Positions 23,823 to 32,000 of a stretch of 32,000 nucleotides of DNA are shown in pieces; the first letter of the stretch is position 1, and every line of letters begins with the position of its first letter. The stretch is from Wigglesworthia glossinidia endosymbiont of Glossina morsitans morsitans (Yale colony) (GTDB taxonomy: Bacteria; Pseudomonadota; Gammaproteobacteria; Enterobacterales; Enterobacteriaceae). Under the pieces are notes generated by a model. The model was not told the origin of the DNA, did no database searches, and saw only the letters and a program-made list of their open reading frames with translations. A program made the position numbers and the translations under genes. The stretch lies in assembly GCF_000247565.1 (NCBI RefSeq), contig NC_016893.1, positions 1-32,000 on the forward strand, read 5' to 3'.

Positions 23823-24805
23823 AAAAAATTCCTAGAATTGTCATTACACCAGGAGAACCAGCAGGGATTGGACCAGAACTAGTTGCGCTAATATCACAAT
23901 ATAATTGGGAAGCAGAGTTAGTTATATGCTGCGATCCTGAATTACTAAAAAATCGTGCTGAAAATATTGGAATAAAATTAAAATTATATTATTTTAATAA
24001 AAATAGCCCTCCTCAATATACTCAGCCAAAAAAATTAGCAATATTACCGGTAAAAATCGCTCATACAGTTACCAGAGGGTTATTAAACATAAAAAATAGC
24101 AGTTATGTTATTGAAACACTAATACAAGCTTGTCAAGGATGTATAAAAAATGAATTTTCTGCTTTGGTAACTGGTCCTGTAAACAAAAAAATTATTCAAG
24201 ATAGCGGGATCTCTTTTATTGGACATACAGAATTCTTAACAAAAATAGCTAAGTGTCAACATTCAGTTATGATGTTAATATGCGATTCTTTACGTATTGC
24301 TTTAGCTACTACTCATATTCCAATTAAATTGGTTTCGAATACTATTACTTATTCTTTAATTCAAAGAACACTTATTACGATATGCAAAACGTTAATAAAT
24401 CAATTTCGTATTTCTTATCCATGCATATATGTTTGCGGTTTAAATCCGCATGCCGGGGAAAACGGTTATATCGGAACGGAAGAAATAAAAATTATTAAGC
24501 CAGCAATACAATCTTTAAAAACATTACCATGTAATATAATTGGTCCAATATCTGCTGATAGTTTATTTCAAAATAAATATCTAAAAAATGCAGATACTAT
24601 TTTAGCTATGTATCATGATCAAGGATTACCAATTTTAAAATATCTGGGATTTGGAAAATCAGTTAATTTTACCTTAGGATTACCGTTTATTAGAACATCA
24701 GTGGATCATGGAACTGCTTTAGATTTATTAAAACCATATGAAATTAATCATGGTAGTTTATATGAAGCAATTAAACTCGCGATTAATTTAAGTAAAGTTA
24801 AATAA
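23819..24805 (+). CDS. pdxA: 4-hydroxythreonine-4-phosphate dehydrogenase (pyridoxal phosphate biosynthesis)
   Basis: The product is 328 aa from the ATG at 23819 ([21 protein letters not shown] versus E. coli [21 protein letters not shown]; E. coli is 329 aa). It has [27 protein letters not shown] and [10 protein letters not shown]. The start overlaps the surA stop as ATGA. The track start at 23768 (TTG) adds 17 unsupported residues. Confidence 0.95.
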   Translation: [328 protein letters not shown]

Positions 24806-24835
24806 AAATATTAATAGTATATAAAATTAAAAATT

Positions 24836-25621
24836 ATGTGTAAGCCAAAAAAAAAATTTGGACAACATTTTCTGTGTAATCATAATATAATCGATCAAAT
24901 CGTAAATTTTGTTAATCCAAGCTTTAACATAGAAATAATAGAAATAGGATCCGGATTAGGTGCACTAACCATACCGATATCTAAAAAATCTAAATTTTTT
25001 ACTATTATTGAAATCGATAAAAACTTAGTCTTAAAATTAAAAAATAATAAAAATATTCAATTAAATTTAAATATTATAAATCAAGATATTATGAGAATGA
25101 ATTTAGATCATTTTTTTATTAATTTTAATAAACCCGTAAAAATATTTGGTAGTTTACCATATAATATATCTACACAATTAATATATCGTCTTATCGAACA
25201 AACTGAAAAAATTTTTGACATGCATTTTATTTTACAGAAAGAAGTAGCTGAACGTATCTTGGCACAACCTAACAGTAAGAATTATGGGTACATGAGTATC
25301 ATAATGCAATACTATTGTCGTGTGGAAAAATTACTCGATATATCTAAAACATCTTTTATACCGATTCCTAAAGTAGAATCAACATTAATTCGTTTAATTC
25401 CAAATAAAATATTTAAGTTTCCTTATCAAGATTTCAAAAAATTTAAAATGATTATTAAATTAGCTTTTAACCAAAGAAGAAAAATATTAAAAAATAGTTT
25501 ATCAAAATATATATCTATAAAAGATTTTAAATATGTCAATATTAATCCAAATTTACGTGCTGAAAATTTGAGTATGCAAGAATACTATGATCTATCTAAG
25601 GTGTTTTCTCGTAAACATTAA
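24836..25621 (+). CDS. rsmA: 16S rRNA (adenine1518/1519-N6)-dimethyltransferase RsmA (KsgA)
   Basis: The 261-aa product has KKKFGQHFL, the SAM-binding IEIGSGLGALT, plus GSLPYNIST and AFNQRRK. It follows pdxA as in E. coli. Confidence 0.94.
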   Translation: MCKPKKKFGQHFLCNHNIIDQIVNFVNPSFNIEIIEIGSGLGALTIPISKKSKFFTIIEIDKNLVLKLKNNKNIQLNLNIINQDIMRMNLDHFFINFNKPVKIFGSLPYNISTQLIYRLIEQTEKIFDMHFILQKEVAERILAQPNSKNYGYMSIIMQYYCRVEKLLDISKTSFIPIPKVESTLIRLIPNKIFKFPYQDFKKFKMIIKLAFNQRRKILKNSLSKYISIKDFKYVNINPNLRAENLSMQEYYDLSKVFSRKH

Positions 25622-25713
25622 ATATAATAAAAAACCTTTTATTCCAAAATATAAAAACAAAATGTTATTATAAATTATTATTTTTGATATTGTTAGAAGG
25701 AATTAAAATTTAT

Positions 25714-26532
25714 ATGTCAAGATATATTATCGGAGATATTCACGGATGCTATAAAGCATTTTTATCTCTTTTAAAATTAATTAAATTCAATTTTGAAAAA
25801 GATACATTATGGATTACTGGAGATTTTGTGGGACGTGGACCTAATTCGTTAGATGTTTTAAGATTTATATATAAATTTAGAAAAAATATTTTTGTTATTT
25901 TAGGAAATCATGAAATTAGTTTGTTACTTGCATATATAAATAAAAAAAAATTTAAAATTGATCCTCAATTCATGCAAATTATCCATGCTCCAGATTCCAG
26001 TACTCTTATACGATGGTTACGTAATCAACCAATTTTAAAAATTGATGAAAAAAATAAACTCATTATGGTACATGCAGGAATTCTACCAAATTGGAATTTA
26101 AATGATTTACTTAAAAATGCTAAAGACATCGAAAATAATTTAAAAAAAAAGCAATATAAAATATTTTTAAATAAAACATGTAAAAAAAATAATATATCAA
26201 ATAAAATTTGGCATGATAACCTTACGGAAGAATTTCGATTACAATTAAGTATAAATATTTTTACTCGAATTCGATATTGTTTTTCCAAATCTATAATAGA
26301 TATGCATCACAAAATTTCTCCTAAAAAAGCTCCGAATTTTATTAAACCTTGGTTTAATTTTTATAATACAGTACTTAATGAGTACAATATCGTTTTTGGA
26401 CATTGGTCATCTTTAGGTAATTATCCTACGCCAAAAAATATTTACAAGTTAGATACTGGATGTTGTTGGGGGGGCGAATTAACAGCGCTAAAATGGGCAA
26501 ATAAAAAATTTTTTTCAGTAAAATGTCAATAA
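25714..26532 (+). CDS. apaH: bis(5'-nucleosyl)-tetraphosphatase, symmetrical (ApaH)
   Basis: The product is 272 aa from the ATG at 25714 (MSRYIIGDIHGCY versus E. coli MATYLIGDVHGCY). It has the metallophosphatase motifs GDFVGRGP, GNHE, VHAGI and GHW, plus DTGCCWGG. The track start at 25684 adds 10 unsupported residues. Confidence 0.93.
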   Translation: MSRYIIGDIHGCYKAFLSLLKLIKFNFEKDTLWITGDFVGRGPNSLDVLRFIYKFRKNIFVILGNHEISLLLAYINKKKFKIDPQFMQIIHAPDSSTLIRWLRNQPILKIDEKNKLIMVHAGILPNWNLNDLLKNAKDIENNLKKKQYKIFLNKTCKKNNISNKIWHDNLTEEFRLQLSINIFTRIRYCFSKSIIDMHHKISPKKAPNFIKPWFNFYNTVLNEYNIVFGHWSSLGNYPTPKNIYKLDTGCCWGGELTALKWANKKFFSVKCQ

Positions 26533-26567
26533 ATTAAAATAACTTTTTAAAATAAAAAATTGTTAAT

Positions 26568-27068
26568 TTATACTTCATTTTTACGTTTAAATATTTTAAA
26601 GCAAACATCATATAAATTCAAATAATCCTGTAAAAAATACTTTTCAAATACAAGATTCCACTTTTTTTTATCGTAATGTGGAAAAAATACATTTCCGAAT
26701 ATTAATGCATTAATATCAGTAATATATAAAGTACTTGCTTGAGGCAAAAAAATTTCATAAATTTTTTTTCCACCTATTATCATAATTTCTTTATGTGTTC
26801 TAACAAAATTTAGCGCTTTTTTCGGATCATCAGTAAATTGGCACTTATCAAAGTTTTTATTTATTTTTTTATTTTTACTTAATATAATATTTATTCTATT
26901 TCGTAATGGTTTTCCTATAGACTCAAATGTTTTTCTTCCCATAATTACTGGTTTGTATATAGTATTTTTTTGAAACCATATTAAATCTTGAGGTAAGTAC
27001 CACGGTATCGAATTATTATATCCGATTACTCCATGTTTTGCTTGTGCCCAAATAATACTAATGTTCAT
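26568..27068 (-). CDS. folA: dihydrofolate reductase
   Basis: The 166-aa product has VIGYNNSIPWYLPQDLIWFQKNTIYKPVIMGRKTFESIGKPL, which aligns to E. coli DHFR ([42 protein letters not shown]). It also has IMIIGGKKIYEIFLP. Confidence 0.94.
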   Translation of the reverse strand: MNISIIWAQAKHGVIGYNNSIPWYLPQDLIWFQKNTIYKPVIMGRKTFESIGKPLRNRINIILSKNKKINKNFDKCQFTDDPKKALNFVRTHKEIMIIGGKKIYEIFLPQASTLYITDINALIFGNVFFPHYDKKKWNLVFEKYFLQDYLNLYDVCFKIFKRKNEV

Positions 27069-27091
27069 AATTAAAATATATCTTATAAATT

Positions 27092-30000
27092 TTATTTTTT
27101 TTCGAAATGGATCTGTGCATGTGCTTCTTGTAGAGAAATAATATTTTTTATAGGATCAGTGCCTAAAGCTTTAATAATTGGAAAACATTCAAAATTTCTA
27201 TCAGAATAAACTTTCTTTTTTAAAGAAACTGACCAAAAATATTTTTTTATTTTTGGTTTCATATGATTTTTATGATCAAAAATTGCAATATAATCGTATT
27301 TACCATATATAATGTGTTGTTTTAAGTTAATATTTTTTTTATATATTTTATTTATTAACTTTATATCAATTCCGTATTTTTCAAGAAAAATAGCAGCACG
27401 TTCATTCATATCTAATAAAAAACGATATTTCAATAAATATTGTACTATTTTTAAAAAATTGCTTTTATCATTGTTAAGAAATAATAAAAATGCTTTTTTC
27501 ATTAAAGAAAATTGATAATTGATTTCGATTTGACTACTAAATATAGCTTTCGATAAAGCTTGAAACATGCAGTTATTAATTCCCATGACTTCTCCGGTAG
27601 AATACATTTCTGGGCCTAGCATGATATTGCATCCTGGAAATTTATGAAACGGCAACGTCACTTCTTTAACAGCAAAATAAGGAGGCAAAATTTCTTGAGT
27701 TTTTTGTTGATCTAATAACGATTTTCCAATCATTACTAAAGTAGATATTTTTGTAAACGAAACACCTGTTGCTTTTGAAATAAAAGGAATACTGCGTGAT
27801 GCCCTAGGATTTACTTCAATTAAATAAATTTCTGTATTTTGAATTGCAAATTGAATATTTATGAAGCCTACAATTTTTAAAGCAATAGCAATTTTTTTAG
27901 TTTGTTCTTTAATTTGGTTTTTAATTTTTTCTGAAAGAGTATATGAAGGAAAAACAGATGTAGAATCTCCAGAGTGAATTCCTGCGTATTCTATATGTTC
28001 TAAAATCCCACAAATTAATATATTTTTTCCATCAAAAATTGCATCTACATCTATTTCGATAGCGTGTTCTAAAAATTCATCTAACAAAATTGGGAAATAT
28101 TGCGAAATATTCTTTATATTAAAACAATATTGTATTAATTCTGATTTATTATATATAATTTTCATCAAACTTCCTCCTAAAACGTAAGAAGGTCGAACAA
28201 TTATTGGATATCCAATAATTTTGGCATTTTTAAAAACAGATATAACAGTTGTAGAAATAGCATTTTTGGGTTGTTTAAGATTTAAATCGTGCACTATTTT
28301 TTTAAATTTTTCTCTATTTTCTGCAACATTAATATATTTTGCTTGTGTACCAAGAATAGGGATATTAAAAGCATCTAGCTCGGAAGATAATTTTAAAGGA
28401 GTTTGACCTCCACATTGAATAATGATTCCTTTAGGATTTTCAATTTTTACAATTTCTAAAACATCCTCTAATGTAATTGGTTCAAAATATAAACGGTTTG
28501 CTACATCATAATCTGTAGAAACAGTTTCTGGATTACAATTTACCATAATGGTTTCATATTTATTCTTTTTTAACGCAATTAAAGCTTGAACGCAACAATA
28601 ATCAAATTCGATTCCTTGTCCTATACGGTTGGGTCCGCTTCCAAGAACTAAAACTTTATTTTTATTTTGACTTGGTAAAGCTTCACATTCTTCTCCATAT
28701 GTAGAATACATATAAGCAGTTTTAGTATTGAATTCTCCTGCACACGTATCGATCCTTTTATATACTGGATGTAAATCGTATTTTGCACGTAATTGCATAA
28801 TTTTACGATAATTAACATTTAACAAATTAGCTAATCTTGAGTCAGAAAATCCTTTTTGTTTGAGCAAAAAAAGACGTTTTTTAGTTAATCCAGATAAGCC
28901 ATATTGTACTATCTTACTTTCTAATTCTATTAGTTCATAAATTTGATATAAAAACCAACAATCGATTTTTGTTAAATGAGAAACAATGCGAACAGATATA
29001 CCAATACGAAATGCATCTGCTATGTACCATAATCTGCTTGGATTAGGTATTAAAAGTTTTTTATAAATAATTGATTTAATATTTTTTTGTTTTAAATTTA
29101 AGTTAGAATTAAATCCATCGTGTATATTTAATTCTAAACTTCTTATAGCTTTTTGAAGAGATTCTTGTTGATTTCTTCCAATTGCCATTACTTCTCCTAC
29201 AGATTTCATTTGCGTTGTTAGTGTTTTTTTGGAACCAGAAAATTTTTCGAAATTAAATCTAGGAATTTTTGTTACTATGTAATCTAAAGATGGTTCAAAT
29301 GCAATTGGAATTTTATTATTTGTTACTTTATTCATTAATTCATCAAGCGTATATCCTACAGATAGCTTTGTAGATATTTCTGCAATAGGAAACCCTGTAG
29401 CTTTTGATGCTAAAGCAGATGATCGCGATACACGCGGATTCATTTCAATAATTAATATTTTTCCAGATTTTGGATTTATTGCAAATTGCACATTTGCTCC
29501 TCCAGAATCTATCCCAATTTCACGTACTATTGCAATTGCAGCATTTCTTATTTTTTGATATTCTTTGTCACTTAACGTTTGCGCTGGAGAAACAGCAATA
29601 GAATCTCCGGTATGAACACCTATGGGATCAACATTTTCAATTGAGCATATAACAAGACAGTTATCTTTTTTATCACGAATAATTTCAAGTTCATATTCCT
29701 TCCATCCAATTAAAGATTCATCTATAATAAATTCAAAATTTTTTAAATGACGAGAAGTTTTTAAGAAGAATTCTTTTAAATCGTTTGTATTATAAATAAT
29801 TCCACTGTCAGAACCGCCCATTGCGAAAGAAGAACGTACAACAAAAGGAAAATTTAATTTTTTTGATATTTTTAATGCTTCACGTATAGATTTCACGCAA
29901 TAAGATTGTGCTGTTTCTAAACCTATATTATTCATAGCTTGATTAAATAAAACTCGATTTTCTGCTTTTTCAATAGCTTGTACAGTAATTCCTATGATAC

Positions 30001-30340
30001 TAACATTAAATTTTTTTAAAATTCCTTTATGGCTTAATTTGACTGCACAATTTAGTGCAATCTGACCTCCCATAGTTGGCAAAATTGCATCAGGACGTTC
30101 TTTTTGAATAATTTTTTCTATAATATTTATTTCGATAGGCTCTACATAAGTTGCATCTGCTATGTTTGGGTCTGTCATAATAGTTGCAGGATTAGAATTA
30201 ATTAAAATTACTCGATACCCTTCAGATTTTAATGCTCTACATGCTTGAGTGCCAGAATAATCAAATTCACATGCTTGTCCGATAATAATAGGACCTGAAC
30301 CTATAATTAAAATGCTTTTTATATCTTTACGTTTTGGCAT
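27092..30340 (-). CDS. carB: carbamoyl-phosphate synthase large subunit
   Basis: The 1082-aa product has duplicated ATP-grasp halves: GPIIIGQACEFDYSGTQA with EMNPRVSRSSALASKATGFPIA, and GPNRIGQGIEFDYCCVQA with EVNPRASRSIPFISKATG. The start codon lies 1 nt after the carA stop. Confidence 0.97.
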   Translation of the reverse strand: MPKRKDIKSILIIGSGPIIIGQACEFDYSGTQACRALKSEGYRVILINSNPATIMTDPNIADATYVEPIEINIIEKIIQKERPDAILPTMGGQIALNCAVKLSHKGILKKFNVSIIGITVQAIEKAENRVLFNQAMNNIGLETAQSYCVKSIREALKISKKLNFPFVVRSSFAMGGSDSGIIYNTNDLKEFFLKTSRHLKNFEFIIDESLIGWKEYELEIIRDKKDNCLVICSIENVDPIGVHTGDSIAVSPAQTLSDKEYQKIRNAAIAIVREIGIDSGGANVQFAINPKSGKILIIEMNPRVSRSSALASKATGFPIAEISTKLSVGYTLDELMNKVTNNKIPIAFEPSLDYIVTKIPRFNFEKFSGSKKTLTTQMKSVGEVMAIGRNQQESLQKAIRSLELNIHDGFNSNLNLKQKNIKSIIYKKLLIPNPSRLWYIADAFRIGISVRIVSHLTKIDCWFLYQIYELIELESKIVQYGLSGLTKKRLFLLKQKGFSDSRLANLLNVNYRKIMQLRAKYDLHPVYKRIDTCAGEFNTKTAYMYSTYGEECEALPSQNKNKVLVLGSGPNRIGQGIEFDYCCVQALIALKKNKYETIMVNCNPETVSTDYDVANRLYFEPITLEDVLEIVKIENPKGIIIQCGGQTPLKLSSELDAFNIPILGTQAKYINVAENREKFKKIVHDLNLKQPKNAISTTVISVFKNAKIIGYPIIVRPSYVLGGSLMKIIYNKSELIQYCFNIKNISQYFPILLDEFLEHAIEIDVDAIFDGKNILICGILEHIEYAGIHSGDSTSVFPSYTLSEKIKNQIKEQTKKIAIALKIVGFINIQFAIQNTEIYLIEVNPRASRSIPFISKATGVSFTKISTLVMIGKSLLDQQKTQEILPPYFAVKEVTLPFHKFPGCNIMLGPEMYSTGEVMGINNCMFQALSKAIFSSQIEINYQFSLMKKAFLLFLNNDKSNFLKIVQYLLKYRFLLDMNERAAIFLEKYGIDIKLINKIYKKNINLKQHIIYGKYDYIAIFDHKNHMKPKIKKYFWSVSLKKKVYSDRNFECFPIIKALGTDPIKNIISLQEAHAQIHFEKK

Positions 30341-30341
30341 T

Positions 30342-31478
30342 TTAATTTCCTATTTTTGCATGTAAATTTTTTTCGATTAAATCAATAAATTTTTTAAATA
30401 AAAATAATGCATCTTGTGGTCCAGGGCCAGATTCTGGATGTCCTTGAAAGCTGAACACTGGTTTATTAATAAACTGAATGCCTTGCAATGTTCCATCAAA
30501 CATAGAAATATGAGTAATCATCATATTTTTCGATAATGTTTTCGGATCAACAGCAAAATCATGATTTTGAGAAGTAATAATAATTTTATTTTTTTTTAGA
30601 TCCTTTACAGGATGATTAGTGCCATGATGTCCAAATTTCATTTTAAATATTTTTGCTCCTTCAGAAAGAGCTAATAATTGATGTCCTAAACATATTCCTA
30701 ATATTGGAATATTACTTTTAAGTAATTTTTGAATATTATTGATAATATACTTATATTCTTCTGGATTTCCGGGACCATTAGATAATAAAATCCCGTCTGG
30801 ATGCAAAGAAAAAACATCTTTAGCTTTAGTATATGCAGGAACTACCGTAATACGGCAATTTAAATTATCTAATTGTTTTAAAATACTATTTTTAATACCA
30901 AAATCGTATGCTACGATATGATAAAAAAATTTTTGTGTAAATTTTTTATTTTTGATATATTTTGTTTTATTTTTCCAGACATATTTTTTTTTTGTAGTAA
31001 CTTGATTTGCCAAATCGAAAGTTTGATTTTTTAAAAAATTTTTTATTTTTATTTTAACAGATTGTACGGTAATATTTTCTTGCGATGAAATGCAACCAAC
31101 AAACTGCTTGCCCGTCGTTCTAATCAACCTAGTAAGCTTTCTTGTATCGATACCGCTAATACCAACAACGTTGTGCGCTGTAAGAAATTGAGATAATGTT
31201 AATTTATTACGTAAATTACTAATAATAGACGAATCTTGACATATAATAATTGCTTTTACTTGAATACACGAAGACTCGTTATCATCTCGAGTGATTCCGA
31301 CATTTCCAATATGCGGATAAGTAAATGTCACAATTTGATTAAAATAAGATGGATCTGTTATAACTTCTTGATAACCCATCATAGATGTATTAAAAATAAT
31401 TTCTCCAATAGCTATTTTATCTGATCCAATACTTTTACCATAAAATTGCATACCATTTTCTAATGTTAATAAGGCCAT
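30342..31478 (-). CDS. carA: carbamoyl-phosphate synthase small (glutaminase) subunit
   Basis: The 378-aa product has NTSMMGYQEVITDPSYFNQIVTFTYPHIGNVG and a class-I amidotransferase triad region (GICLGHQLL, HHGTNHPV, FQGHPE). Confidence 0.96.
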   Translation of the reverse strand: MALLTLENGMQFYGKSIGSDKIAIGEIIFNTSMMGYQEVITDPSYFNQIVTFTYPHIGNVGITRDDNESSCIQVKAIIICQDSSIISNLRNKLTLSQFLTAHNVVGISGIDTRKLTRLIRTTGKQFVGCISSQENITVQSVKIKIKNFLKNQTFDLANQVTTKKKYVWKNKTKYIKNKKFTQKFFYHIVAYDFGIKNSILKQLDNLNCRITVVPAYTKAKDVFSLHPDGILLSNGPGNPEEYKYIINNIQKLLKSNIPILGICLGHQLLALSEGAKIFKMKFGHHGTNHPVKDLKKNKIIITSQNHDFAVDPKTLSKNMMITHISMFDGTLQGIQFINKPVFSFQGHPESGPGPQDALFLFKKFIDLIEKNLHAKIGN

Positions 31479-31525
31479 TTATAAACATTTTCTCCATAAT
31501 TTATAATAAAAATTGTTAAAATATA

Positions 31526-32000
31526 TTATTTCAATTTACTTTTTGTTAAAATATGATTCATGTTAAATAAACCAGATTTTTTTTGATATAACCATATTGC
31601 AGATTGAATTGCTCCTAAAGAAAAAATGTTTCTATCATACGCATGATGTGTAATTTCTATACTTTCCCCTAGAAAAGATAGAATAATTTTATGTTCTCCA
31701 ACTATATTTCCAGATCTAATAGAAGAAACTTTAATTTTACTACTTTGATAATTTCGAAAATTTCTTTTAATGCAATTACATATTTCAATAGCAGTTGACG
31801 ATGGAATATCAGATTTTTTTCTATGATGCATTTCTATAACATCAATATCAAAATTGTTAATATGAATAACATGAAAAATTTTTTTCAATAAGTTTAATAC
31901 AATATTCATTCCATAACTAAAATTAGAAGAAAAAAATATTGCTATTTTTTTCGACATTTCTTTAATAATTTTTTTTTGTTTTTTATTAAATCCTGTAGTA
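31526..32000 (-). CDS. dapB: 4-hydroxy-tetrahydrodipicolinate reductase (partial; 5' end beyond the window)
   Basis: The C-terminal part matches E. coli DapB: [20 protein letters not shown] versus [35 protein letters not shown] versus EAHHRHKVDAPSGTA, plus GNIVGEH and IEITHHA. The frame stays open upstream of the track Met (31957) to the window edge, reading [14 protein letters not shown], which corresponds to E. coli GTTGFDEAGKQAI. The gene is therefore truncated by the window. Confidence 0.9.
   Translation of the reverse strand, partial: [157 protein letters not shown]

Noticed and set aside
26533-26567. A/T inverted repeat ttaaaa...ttttaa between convergent apaH and folA, considered as a bidirectional terminator.
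   Set aside because: It is a 6-bp all-A/T stem with negligible stability, so it is not supportable as a terminator call.

Overview
The window is very A+T-rich (by eye about four-fifths A+T, not computed). It is densely packed with 27 recognisable housekeeping genes and has no mobile elements, CRISPR, tRNA or rRNA. The proteins are clear but Lys/Asn/Ile-biased orthologues of Enterobacterales genes, which points to a reduced-genome insect endosymbiont. My best guess is a Wigglesworthia- or Blochmannia-like lineage, which cannot be confirmed without a database search. Gene order is mnmG(gidA)-atpBEFHAGDC-glmU-glmS on the plus strand, then mnmE-yidC-yidD-rnpA-rpmH on the minus strand. It continues with dnaN-gyrB-lptD-surA-pdxA-rsmA(ksgA)-apaH on the plus strand and folA-carB-carA-dapB on the minus strand. 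Positions 1-20193 are colinear with the E. coli oriC-proximal region, and 20329-32000 are colinear with the E. coli 0.6-1.2 min region, both with blocks deleted. I did not find a novel multi-gene system; this is core, not accessory, DNA. Four observations deserve a second look. First, dnaA (and recF) is missing from its conserved rpmH/dnaN slot, and no DnaA-box or GATC signature is visible there or upstream of mnmG. Second, surA is broken by a one-base frameshift inside an A10 run, with homology continuing across the break, so it is either a pseudogene or rescued by transcriptional slippage. Third, pdxA has no Shine-Dalgarno (SD) sequence and overlaps the stop of the distal surA frame (ATGA). 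Fourth, ancestral regulatory spacers have collapsed in some places and been retained in others. Six ORF-track starts were moved to homology-supported internal ATGs, and rpmH, too short for the track, was found by hand translation.
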